Below are positions 1-12,085 of a DNA stretch of 64,000 nt, in pieces. The notes beneath the pieces are model-generated. The model worked only from the letters and a program-made list of their open reading frames with translations, did not search any database and was not told the origin of the DNA. The position numbers and the translations under genes were made by a program. This DNA is from Lama guanicoe (lineage: Eukaryota). Position 1 is the stretch's first letter. Each line of letters starts with the position of its first letter. The stretch lies in contig MU054338.1 of assembly GCA_013239625.1 (NCBI GenBank), positions 4,365,371 to 4,429,370 of the forward strand, written 5' to 3'.

Positions 1-119
1 CATTAATTCTGCATCAACATCTATTGATCTACATCTATAGATTCAGTGTAATCCCAATCAATGTCTTAGTAGGGTGTGCGTGTGTGTGCGTGTGTGTGTG
101 TTTGTGTATGTGTGTATGT

Positions 120-895
120 TGGTGGGAATACAAAACATTGCAGCTTCTGTGGAGAACGGCATAGAAGTTCTTCAAAAAACTAAAATAGAACTACTTTTTC
201 ATCCAGAATCCTACTTCTGGATATAAACTTAAAATAGTTGAAGTCAGGATCTCAAAGAGAGAGCCTGCATTTCTCTGTTCATCGAAGCATTATTTACAAT
301 AGCAAAGATATGGAAAAAACTTAAGTGTTCATCGATGAGTGAATGAATAAAGGAAATGTGATATTTACCTACAATATTGTTCAGCATGAAAGAAGAAGCA
401 AATTCTGCCATTTGCTATAACATAGATGAACTTAGTGGTCACCATGGTACTTGAAATAAGCCAGACACAAAAGGGCATATATGATATGATATGATATGAT
501 TCCACTTATAGGAGGGGTTTAGTAAGCAAATTTATAGAGACAGGATGTGGAAGGATGGGTGCCTGGAGCTGGAGGAGGGGGATGGGGAGCTGTTTAATAA
601 ATAAAGAGTTTCAGTTATGGAAGATGAATAATTCCTAAGATATGCCATACAGAATAATGCGTATAGTTAAAAATACTGTGATGTATACTTAAACAATTTT
701 TAAGTGGGTAGAGCTTATGTTAAATGTTCTTATCACAAGAAAATAAGAAGGAGGAAAATTTAGAGGTGGTGGCTACGTTTATAACATTGTTTGGGGGATG
801 GTTTTAAGGGTGTTCACTGATCTTCAAACTCACGTAGATGTATACATTAAATATATACAGCTTTTTGCATGTCAATCATATCTCAATTAAAAAAT
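120..895 (+). mobile_element. Old L1 (L1M) 3' end
   Basis: Typical L1 3' text (...aaatagaactac...gaagcattatttacaatagcaaagatatggaa...ccatttgctataac...tatctcaattaaaaaa). Confidence 0.75.
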
Positions 896-1479
896 AAGTG
901 TAGACTGTTTAGATAACTTGAAAAAGTGAATTTACAATCCTTTGTTACTGTTTGGCTCTTTGTGGTACTTGAGTTGGCTTTTGTTCATTTTGATTAGTAA
1001 GTTTTCTTTTTGAAACAGTATAAAAAGTAATTACTTTTTGGTTATACAGATGTCTTTATGTGAGATTATGCATGATTTTGCATTTTTTACACATTAAAAA
1101 ATATTTGACCAAAAATCTCACTTTGCTGTGTGGAGAATGTCCTGTAGGGGGCGAGAGTGGATACAGCAGACCATCTCTGAGGCTCGTAGGGATGAAAAAG
1201 ACTGAATAGCATGAGACTTTGATAGATTACATTTACAAATTAAAATGTCTAAGGAAATGTCCAAAAGAACAGGAATAGAATGCATAATTTCTGAGCTGAG
1301 TGGAAGAAAAACCACAATGAGAAAAATCCAAAACAAGGGAAGGAAGGAGAGAAAAAGAAATATAGAGAAGGAGGGATAATCAGAAAGCATGTAATAAATC
1401 CAAGTATATTATTAATTGAATTTAATTATTAACTGAAATTAATTATTAATTGAAATTAATGTAGTTGTTCTAAATCTAC

Positions 1480-1815
1480 ACTATTTGGCACAGTAGACAC
1501 AAGACATATCTCACAACTGAGTACTTGAAATGTGGATGGTCTGAATTGACATGTGCTGTTCGTGTGAAATGCACCCCAGAACCTGGAGACTTAGAATAAA
1601 AAGAATGAAAAATATCTTGAGTGGAAGGTATAGCTCAGTGGTAGAGATTAACATGCACAAGGTCCTGGGTTCAATTCCCAGTACCTCCATTAAAAATAAA
1701 TAAACCTAATTACATCTCCTCTAAACAAAATGAAACAAAACAACAAGACTGAAAAATATCTTATTAATAATTTTATATTGATTCTGTTTTGAAATGATAG
1801 CATTTTGGATACATT
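1480..1815 (+). mobile_element. hAT-Charlie MER33/MER3-like fossil, interrupted by a SINE and an L1; continues at ~3800-3920
   Basis: gagtacttgaaatgtgg...tctgaattgacatgtgctgt...ttatattgatt...gaaatgatagcattttggatac is characteristic of MER3/MER33. Confidence 0.6.
1619..1749 (+). mobile_element. Camelid tRNA-derived SINE (Vic-1-like)
   Basis: A box tagctcagtggtagag, B box gggttcaattccc, body tacctccattaaaaataaataaacctaattac, A-rich tail; 13-bp TSD TGAAAAATATCTT at 1606-1618 and 1750-1762. Confidence 0.88.
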
Positions 1816-1824
1816 TTTTGCCCT

Positions 1825-3797
1825 TTTTTTTAAAACTTTTTTTGTTGAGTTATAGTCATTTTACAATGTTGTGTCAAATTCCAGTGTAGAGCACAATTTT
1901 TCAGTTATACATGAACATACATATATTCATTGTCACATTTTTTTCACTGTGAGCTACCATGAGATCTTGTATATATTTCCCTGTGCTATGCAGTATAACA
2001 TGCTTATCTATTTAACATTTTGAAATGCCAGTCTGTCCTTTCTCACCCGCCAACCCCCTTGTCAACCACAAGTTTGTATTCTCTGTCTATGAATCTGTTT
2101 CTGTTTTGTATTTACATGCTTTTTTTTTAGATTCCACATATGAGCAATTTCATATGGTATTTTTCTTTCTCTTTCTGGCTTACTTCACTTAGAATGACAA
2201 TCTCCAGGAAAATCCATGTTGCTGCAAATGGTGTTATGTTGTCGGTTTTTATGGCTGAATAATATTCCATTGTATAGATATACCACATCTTCTTTATCCA
2301 GTCATCTGTTGATGGAATTTAGGCTGTTTCCATGTCTTGGCTACTGTATCTTGGCTACATAGTGCTGCTATGAACATTGGGGTGCAGGTGTCTTTTTGAA
2401 GTAGAGTTCCTTCTGGATATATGTCCAGGAGCTGGATTCCTGGGTCATATGGTAAGTCTATTCCTAGTCTTTTGAGGAATCTCCATACTGTTTTCCACAG
2501 TGGCTGCACCAAACTGCATTCCCACCAGCAGTGTAGGAGAGCTCGCTTTTCTCCACAGCCTCTTCAGCATTAGTCATTTGTGGACTTTTGAATGATGGCC
2601 ATCCTGACTGGTGTGAGGTGATACCTCATTGTAGTTTTGATTTGCATTTCTCTGATACTTAGTGATATTGAGCATTTTTTCATGTGCCTATTGATCATTT
2701 ATATGTCTTCCTTGGAGAATTGCTTGTGTAGGTCTTCTGCCCATTTTTGGATGGGTTTGTTTTTTTTTCTTATTAAGTCATATGAGCTGCTTATATATTC
2801 TGGAGAACAAGCCTCTGTCGGTTTCATTTGCAAACATTTTCTCCCATTCCGTAGGTTGTCATTTTGTTTTACTTCTGGTTTCCTTTCCTGTGCAGAAGCT
2901 TGTAAGTTTAATTAGGTCCCATTTGTTTATTCTTGCTTTTATTTCTATTGCTTGGGTAGACTGCCCTTGGAGAGCATTTTTGAGATGTATGCCAGATAAT
3001 GTTTTGCCTATATTTTCTTCTAGGAGGTTTATTGTATCTTATCTTATGTTTAAGTCTTTGATCCATTTTGAGTTNNNNNNNNNNNNNNNNNNNNNNNNNN
3101 NNNNNNNNNNNNNNNNNNNNNNNNNNNNNNNNNNNNNNNNNNNNNNNNNNNNNNNNNNNNNNNNNNNNNNNNNNNNNNCTCCTTTGTCAAGATGAGTTGA
3201 TCAAAAGTATGTGGGTTCATTTCTGGGCTCTCTATTCTGTTCCATTGGTCTATATGTCTGTTTTTGTACCAATACCATGCTGTTTTGATTACCGTGGCTC
3301 TATAGAATTGTCTGAAGTCTGGGAGAGTTATTCCTCCTGCTTCTTTCTTCTTCTTCAGTAATGTTTTGGCAACTCTAGGTCTTTTGTGGTTCCATATAAA
3401 TTTTATTATGATTTGTTCTAGTTCTGTGCAGTATGTCCTGGGTAATTTGATAGGGATTGCATTAAAATCTGTAGATTGCCTTGGGCAGTATGATCATTTT
3501 AACAATATTGATTCTTCCAATCCAGGAGCATGGGATATCTTTCCATTTTTTTAAGTCTTCTTTAATTTCCTTAATTAGTGTTTTATAGTTTTCCGTGTAT
3601 AAGTCTTTCACCTTCTTGGTTAGATTTATTCCTAGGTATTTTATTACTTTGGGTGCTATTTAAAGGGGATTGTTTCTTTACTTTCTTTTTCTGTTGATTC
3701 ATCATCAGTGTAAAGAAACGTAACTGATTTTTGAATGTTAATCTTGTAACCTGCTACCTTGCTGAATTCTTTGATATTTCTAGTAGTTTTTGTGTGG
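1825..3797 (-). mobile_element. Relatively young 5'-truncated L1 (ORF2 C-terminal part plus 3' UTR)
   Basis: Minus ORF 2294-2512 [25 protein letters not shown]...CTPMFIAAL is the L1 ORF2 C-terminus; T-rich tail at ~1825-1845; spans the N gap. Confidence 0.93.
3075..3178. other. Assembly gap (104 N)
   Basis: Run of n characters inside an L1. Confidence 0.99.
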
Positions 3798-5279
3798 ATG
3801 GATATGTTTGTGAATGAAATATCTCATTAAAATAAATGTCACCATTTTGTTCACCTTTTGATCATGGCCATAAGTAAATTTTAAATTTCAGAAATAGCAG
3901 TATTTACATTGCTATTGGACACGTTAGTTTAATACTCGAATTAGATTCAGCTTCAAGATAGTGGAATAGAAAGACATGGAGCTCACCCTCTCCCATGAAT
4001 ACAGCAAAAATACATCTACATCTGGAACAATTTTTACAGAATACCCACTGAACTTTGGCAGAAGATCTTATACAATTGGAAATACAAGGAAAATCTTCAT
4101 GAAAACAGATAAACAACAAGGTCCTACTGTATAACACAGGGAACTATATTCAAAATCTTGTAATAGCCTATAATGAAAAAGAATATGAAAAGGAATATAT
4201 ATATATGCATATAATTATATATATGTGATATGAAATGGAATATAGATAAATATATATATACACATAACTGAATCACTATGCTGTATACCAGAAATTAACA
4301 CAACATTGTAAACCTACTATACTTCAATACAAATAATAAAAATAAAATAAAAAATAAAAAAAAAGCAAAGTGTATTTTAAAAAATAATACTTGAATTAGA
4401 AGACAAATATTGTCATGCTGGATAAGAAAAATTAAAATCCAGTGACACATTGTTTGCTTTTCGACTTAAAAGACACAACAAGTTGCCAGTTAAAAAATAT
4501 AAATAGCCAGAAAGAAAGTTGATTTAACCTTGTTATTACTGGACAGCATAGACTTTAATGTAGGAAGCCTAACTAGAGATAGCTAAGTCCCTGTCATGAA
4601 AATATAACAATTTTAAATGTGTATGCACTTAATAACACAGTCTCATAATAAATAAAGCAAGAATTGTCAGAATGACTCAAACATGTAGATGATATGAGTT
4701 GAGATCTGCTATTGATATAAGATGCTCTGCAGATTTTGAAAACTTGAAATAGGGGATGGGTAAGGATCTAAAATATCTTATGCTGGATAAGTACACCACC
4801 AAAGTGGGAGATTATTAAGGCACCACTCTTAGCAGTTGATAGCTCATGCAGGCAATAAATAAAGATACAGATATGAACCATACAATGAACAAGCTTGATG
4901 TCATTCATGCACAAAGTCACTGAAAAATACACACAAAATGTTTGGGGAGCTGGTTGAAATGTAATATGGTGCAGCCCCAATGGAAAACTGTATGGTGATT
5001 CCTCAAAAAATTAAAAAGACCAAGATTTAGTCCTTTGAAAAGAAGAAAAAAGATAAACTTTGGGTGACACTGATCAGGAAAAACAAAGAAAACATGCAGG
5101 TTAGAAATATTATCAGTGAGAAAGAGGATATAATTAAAGAGGCTGCAGAGGTGGAAGAGGCATTAAGAAGACGTGAAGGATGGTTTTATTCACCAATATG
5201 GTATCTCTTCACCCATCATTGTGAAAGTGTAGGTAAAATATCCACATTTCTAGAAAAATGTAACTGGAAAACCCCAATT

Positions 5280-5910
5280 AAGAAGAAATACATGGCATAT
5301 ATCCAGAGGAAACTCTAATTTGAAAAGATACATGCACCTCAATGTTCCTAGCAGCCCTATTTACAATAGTCAAGATAGGAAGCAACATAAATGTTCATTG
5401 ACAGATGACTGGATAAAGAAGATGTGGTATACGTATAGTCAATGGAATACTACTCAGCCATAAAGAAGAATGAAATAATGCCATTTGCAGCAACATGGCT
5501 GGACCTAGAGATTATCATACTAAGTGACATGTCAGACAAAGACAAATGTTAAATGATATGACTTATATGTGGAATCTGAAAAAATGACACAAATGAACTG
5601 ATTTACAAAACAGAAACAGTGTCACAGACATAGAAAACAAACTAATGGTTACCAAAGGGGAAAGGGGTAGGAGGGATAAATTAGGAATTTGGGACAAGCA
5701 GATACAAACTGCTATATATAAAGTAGATAACCAATAAGGTCCTACTGTATAGCATGGGGAACTATATTCAATATCTGGTAATAACCTGTAATAGAAAAGA
5801 ATTTAAAAAGAATAGACTTATGTATATATGTATAACTGAGTCACTTGGTTGTACACCTGAAGCCAACATTGCATTGTAAACCAACTATACTTCAACAAAA
5901 AAGAAGTCCA
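5280..5910 (+). mobile_element. L1 3' end (artiodactyl-type)
   Basis: gatacatgcacctcaatgttc...ccatttgcagcaacatgg...aaggtcctactgtatagc...aactatacttcaacaaaaa. Confidence 0.85.
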
Positions 5911-6119
5911 TAAAAAAGGAGAAATACAAAGTCTGATGAATTCAAAACTCATTAAAACAATTGAAAAATAACTTTAAAACTTTCCCATACACACATCTAT
6001 ACACAAACCTTTTCCACAAATAAGGCACCAGATCCAGAGCTTTTACACGTGAGTTTGACTAAATATCTGTCTAGCTAATAATCGTAATCATATATAAGAA
6101 TTTGGAAAAAAAATATAGT

Positions 6120-7605
6120 TTCTTTTTTAAAAAATTTAAGTATAGTTGATTTACAGTGTTAGTTTCTGCTGTACAGCACAGTGATTCATTTATACATATA
6201 TATGTTCATGTTCAGATTCTTTTCTTTATAGGCTCTTATAAGATATTGAATATCTGACTCACTTCACTTAGCATGATAATCTCTAGGTACATCCATGTTG
6301 CTACAAATAGCATTAATTCATTCTTTTTTATGGCTGAGTAATATTCCGCTGTATATGTATACTACATCTCCTTTATCCAGTCATCTGTTGATGAATATTT
6401 AGGTTTCTTCCATGTCTTGGTTATTGTAAATAGTGCTGCTATGAACATTGGGGTGCATGTATCTTTTTGAATTAGACTTTTCTCCATTATATACCCAAGA
6501 GTAGAATTGTTGGATCTTATGATAACTCTTATTTTTAGTTTTTAAGGGAATCTCCATACTGTTTCCCATAGTCGCTGCATCAGATTACATTCCTCCCAAC
6601 AGAGTAGGAGAGTTCCCTTTTCTCCACACTCTAGCCAGCATTTATTGTTTCTGGACTTTTCAATGATTGCTACTCTGACTGGTGTGAGGTGACACCTCAT
6701 TGTAGTTTTTTTAAAGTTTTTTTTTTTTAAGTTGAAGCATAATTGATTTACAATGTTGTGTTAATTTCTGGTATATAGCATAGTAATTCATTTATACACA
6801 CATATATATTCCTTTTCATATTCTTTTTCATTATAGGTCATTACAAGGCATTGAATATAGTTTCCTGTGCTGTACAGTAGGACCTTGTTGTTTATCTATT
6901 TTATATATAGTAGTTAGTATTTACAAATTCTGAACTCCCGATTTATCCCTCCCCACCCCCTTCCCCTCAGGTAACCACAAGTTTACTTTCTATGTTTGTG
7001 AGTCTGTCTCTGTTTTGTATATAAGTTTCTTCTTCTCCTTCTCCTTCTTCTTCCCATCCCCTTCCCCTCCCTCTTCTTCTTCATCTTCTCCTGATTCCAC
7101 ATATAAATGATACCATATGGTATTTGTGTTTCTCTTTCTGGCTTACTTCACTTAGTATGACGATCTCCAGGTCCATCCATGTTGCTGCAAATGGCATTAT
7201 TTCATTCTTTTTTTATGGCTGAGTAGTATTCCATTGTATATATACACCTCATCTTCTTTATCCATTCATTTGTTGATGGATATTTAGATTGCTTCCCTGT
7301 CTTGGCTGTTGTAAATCGTGCTGCTATGAATGTTGGGGTGCATGTATCTTTTCCTTTTTTGTGTATGTCATTTTATTTTATTTTTTCCTCTTTTTAATTC
7401 TTATTTTTTATTGAAGTGTAGTCAGTATACAATGTTAGTTTCAGGTACACAGCAAAGTGGTTCAGTTATGCATATACATACATGTATATATTTCCAGTTT
7501 CTTTCCCATTATGGCTCATTGTAAGAAACTGAATATAGTTCCCTGTGCTATACGGCAGTTCTCTTTATTTATCTGTTTTATATACAGTATATGTAGTTTT
7601 GATTT
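6120..7605 (-). mobile_element. Cluster of nested antisense L1 3' ends
   Basis: At least three T-tailed L1 3' ends (~6125, ~6710, ~7405), each followed by atccatgttgct/gctgctatgaacattggggtgca-type text. Confidence 0.8.
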
Positions 7606-7659
7606 GCATTTCTCACAGCCAATTTCTTTCATGAGGCTAGTTTTGCCTTCACACCAAAC

Positions 7660-8600
7660 CCTGATAGGGATAAGATGAGTCAGAAAAACCACAGACCATC
7701 TCTCTTTTGAAACAGATGCAAAAATCCTCCATAAAATATCAGTGCATTGAGTCCAGTAATGCATTAGAAATATATCACCATCAAGCCGGATTTATTCCAG
7801 GAATAAAAGGTTGGATTAACACTAGAATGATGGTGAACATGATTCATCACATTGTCAGTCTGAAGGGGAAAAAGTCATATGATAATGTGAGAGATGCAGA
7901 GAAAATAGTTAATAAAATTCAACATTCATTCATGATTAAAACAAATCTCTTAGCAAATTAGGGCTAGAAGGGGACTTCCTTAATCTGATAAGGTAGCCAC
8001 CTAAAAAACCCTGCAGCAGGCTCTTTGTTTCATTGATGGTGGAACATTAAAAGCGACCACTTGACGATCGGAAACAAGACGAGGATGTCCATTTTAGGGA
8101 CTTTTTTCAATCTTCTTGTGATGACCACAAATATCTATTGCATTGTGTATGCCAGCAACAGGTGTTAGAAAATATAAAATTAAAAAAAAAGAGATGACAT
8201 GTACTATGGCACCAACAAATGTAAAGCATTTAGAAATAAATCGGAAAATGACACAAGTATTAATGGAGAAAATTATGAAACATTATTCAGAAGTGTTAAA
8301 GAAGGCTTTTGATAAAAGGAGAGTTTCTGTGTTCATTGACTGGATAACTCAATGTTATAAAGACATCTCCAATTTGATCTACAGGTTCAATGCAGTTCTA
8401 TTAAAAATCTCAGCTGGGTTTTTCACGGAATTTGACAAGCAGAGTTAAGGACCGTATATAACCAAGATAATCCTGACGATGAAGAACAAGGACCCTGTCC
8501 TCCCTCCCAGACAGCAGGACTTACTATATTCATTACATTAATGAGGGCAGTGTGGTACTTGTACAGGTACAGGCATATCTGCCAACAGAACAGAGTTCAT
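7660..8600 (+). mobile_element. Degraded old L1 ORF2 fragments
   Basis: Translations HHQAGFIPGIKGWIN...DAEKIVNKIQHSFMIK and LIYRFNAVLLKISAGFFTEFDK are L1 RT/post-RT motifs. Confidence 0.85.
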
Positions 8601-11024
8601 CATCTGCCTGGCTTCCTCTTGGGAAATGAAAGATGCTCTCAAAGGACTTGCTTACCATCAGGATGATGGGCCTATGACAACTTGTTGCTTCCTCTAGGTT
8701 GCATGTAAATCTGGAATACATATTAGCCCTGTTTTGTTTTGCTTCTCAGTTGCACAGATTTTCATCCAAGATTGGGGCACATCCTACAATGGATGTCTAC
8801 ATGATATGAGTGTTTCTTTATTTGATGCTGAAATAGGCTGTTACTAAGTTTAGAATTTGATTTGGAATATATGTGTGTATCCATCCATCCATTGTCCATT
8901 CTTTTTTTTTTTGTACATCCATCCATCCACTTGACCATCCACTTACCATCCTTTCATCCATCCACCCACCCGTCCACACTGTCACTCATTTGCCCACTCA
9001 TTGACCCATCCCCCTGTTCATTTATCCATCCATCCAAATACCTCTCTATTTATTCACCTATTTGTCTCTCTGCCCTTCTGCCTATCTATCAGGACGGTTA
9101 TAGAAAAGGGCTTGCAAGGTCTATTAGTTACCTACCGATGCATAACAAGGCACCCAAAACTTAGCGGTGTAAAGTAACGAGATTTATCTGCTTGTAATTC
9201 TGCGAGTTGGCCCCACAGGGCTTGGTGGGCCTGGTTAGATCAGCTCTCCGGACGGGGGCAGTTCATCTGGGGTGATGCAACTGTAAAGGCTTTACTCTCA
9301 CATCATTCATTCTCCAGGGCCACTCCGTCCACTCGTCCTCCTCACTGGACAGCTGTACTTCCTCACATGGCCTCCGGGGGCTCCGAGAAGGCAAACGTGG
9401 AAACTGCTTGGCCTCCTGCAGCCCAGATTCCACATTTCCTCAGTGTCACTTCCATGTAAATTCTACTCGTCAAAGTAAGTCACAATCAATTTATTCAGCC
9501 AGTATTGTTTGAGATCCTGTCGTGTGTAGGCACTGCTCCGGTAACAAGAGATGGACAAAAGAGACACATTCCCTGCCTGCACGGAGCTCGCCTTCTGGTT
9601 CATACGCTTTCTGTAGAGAATCCATATACACTCACAGTGAAGCAGGTCGTAGGTCTCCATCCCTCGTGGGTGACTTTTCTCCCCACCCATAATCAGTAGT
9701 GTTTTTCTAGACCCCCTTGATCAGATCAGACTACTTTTCCAGGTTTCTGGTTCTGGGCAGGGACCCCAGTTCCCTTTCCTGGGCATCCCACAGACACATT
9801 GCTGTCCCTGGGGGCTAACAGACCCCCATTTCTTTGCACTCTAGAGTCTACTTTTGGGACCCCCCCCCATTGCAGCAACAGCTCACCATTGTCACTCTAG
9901 TTTTAATCTCTCTCTTCCAAAAAAGCATCTAAGGATTTTTTTCTTTCTTCCTTTCAAGATCATCTACAGGTTATATTTTACTTTATTCAGCATGTCTCTG
10001 AGTTTCGAGTAGGAGCAGGGCCTGTCTCTGTCAGCTTTCTCTCTTGAAAGATTGGGTTTCCACGAAAACAGTATCAGCAAGGGAGATTTGCATGCTGGAG
10101 GTTAATTGCAAAATGCTGTCAGGTTCAGCACCTGTGAGGGGGTGAGGGCAGCAAGGCCAGGCAGAGGGAAGAGCTGGTTGTGATGCAGTCACACCAGGGG
10201 CTTCAGTGGGCGTCACAGGGATATCTGAAGCTGGGACGGCTCTTCAGAATTATCGCTTCACAGCCCCCAAATGTTGGCCAAACTCTAAAGCTCTTCATTA
10301 CTTCATGCTTTTGGAGATGGAGGCCAGGAGGAGACACATGGGTTATTCCTGCTTACCACCATCTCCCTAGTGAAGGATGGGAGGGATAAATAATAATAAC
10401 ATCGACAACAGTGGCCAAGATTGTTTTAATAGGAAAGACTCATTTTAAAAAAATTATCAAATACCTGATAAAAGCAACACGAAACAGAGACATTATTTTG
10501 GTAAGACACAAAGTCTTTGCTCTCTAGGCAGATTGTTTTAAAGGTAAAGAAAACCTTTTACAGTCTCTTACCAGGAGCAGACCAGTAGTCCAATCAAACT
10601 TTGTCCTTTTAGCAGGTGAAAGAAAATACTCAGTTTTACGTAAGTACAGTATTAATAGTAAAGTTTGTTTTTAAAACTCTTATACAAATTAATTAAATCT
10701 GATCCAGCTTGATCATGTAAAGTTACACTTCATAAAGCCACACAGACCAGCGGAAGTGCCAGCTGAGGGTGAAGGGAGTTTAGAATGGATAGTGGGGGAG
10801 AGGGGTTGATGAGCACCAGCTGAGGTGGCTAGATTTTTACTCCCATTTTCTGGTTGGAATAGAGATCAGCCAGACTCCTGCAGTAGCTCTTCCCAAATGC
10901 AGCGCGAGCCTCTTTCCGAAGCGCGCGGATGCGGGTGGGCTGAGAGGCAGATGGTCGGGGTGCTGCAGGGCGCCCCTCTGACCCCGCTGGCTGAGCTTGC
11001 TGGCGCTCCGTTAACTAATCACCG

Positions 11025-11360
11025 CTGACCCTTGAACAACATGGGTTTGAACTCCACAAGTCCATGTATACGTGGATTTTTTTCAATAAATAGAGTACCT
11101 GTATTTTCATGTTACAAATCTTTAAATTAACTAAGTAGAGGGGACAGTTTGTGTTTGAGTAGAGATCACAATGCCTGGAATCAAAAGAACTAGGGTTTGA
11201 GTCCTGATTCTGTCCATCCCTGAGTGTATTTCAGCTTCCTGCCCTTGGGTGAGTCATTCATCAATCCCTTTGTTTTTGAGGCAGAGGTAGGAGTACGTGG
11301 ATTTTTGACTGGACAGGGGTCGGCTTCCCTAAGCTTTGCATTGTTCAGGGGTCCACTGTA
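11025..11360 (+). mobile_element. Tigger2-like (MER28-type) DNA transposon remnant
   Basis: Inverted termini ctgacccttgaacaacatggg... and ...ttgttcaggggtccactgta. Confidence 0.7.
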
Positions 11361-11364
11361 CGGC

Positions 11365-12085
11365 CAACTTATAGGCTTAAAACAAGACAATCTATTATCT
11401 TACAGTCTTGGAGGTCAGAATCCAAAATCAGTTCTACTGGCTTAAATTCACGGCGTCAGCTGGGCTGCATTCCTTCTGGAAGTTCTAGGCACCAACCTGC
11501 TTCCTTGCCTTTTCCAGCTTCTCGAGGTCGCCAGCATGCCTTGGCTTGCAGCACCCTTTCCAGTAATCACATTACTCCTGCCTCTGCTTCTATTGTGACA
11601 CCTTCTTCTCTGCCTCTACCTCTTTCATTTGTAAGCGTCCCACCTCCAGTGCCTCTCGCCACCCTCCTAGCTGAGAACAAGGTTACCCAGGGCTGGTGAG
11701 AGGGGGAGAGACGGTGTAAGAATCTGCCTGGGCTGCCTTGGCCAAGGACCACAGACTGGGTGACATAAACAGAAATGGATTCCCTCACAGCGCTGGAGGC
11801 TACAGGTCCAAGATCAAAGTGTCGGCAGGGCTGGTTCCTCTGGGAGCCTCTCCCCTTGGCTCGCAGACAGCTGTCTCTCCCTGTGTCCTCACATGGTCTC
11901 CCCTTTGTGTGTGTTTGGGTCCTGACCTCTTCTTCTAAGGCCAGCAGTCACATCGGGTTAGGGCCAACTCTAATCGCCTTAATTTTCCTCTGTAAAGGTG
12001 CTATCTCCCAATATAGTCACATCCTGGGGGCACTGAGGGTTAGTGCTTTATATTTTGATATAAATTTTGGGAGCGACACAATTCA
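11365..12085 (-). mobile_element. MLT1 (MaLR) LTR fragments, two adjacent
   Basis: ggcttaaaacaa...tcttacagtcttggaggtcagaatccaaaatc and ggaggctacaggtccaagatcaaagtgtcggcagggctggttcc...gacacaattcagc. Confidence 0.7.

Noticed and set aside
1619..1690. tRNA gene calls at the A/B-box copies (also 15432-15541, 37449-37520, 47885-48022)
   Set aside because: They carry SINE bodies, A-tails and TSDs, so they are SINEs rather than tRNAs.
2294..2512. 72-aa ORF as a host gene
   Set aside because: It is the L1 ORF2 C-terminus with frameshifts.
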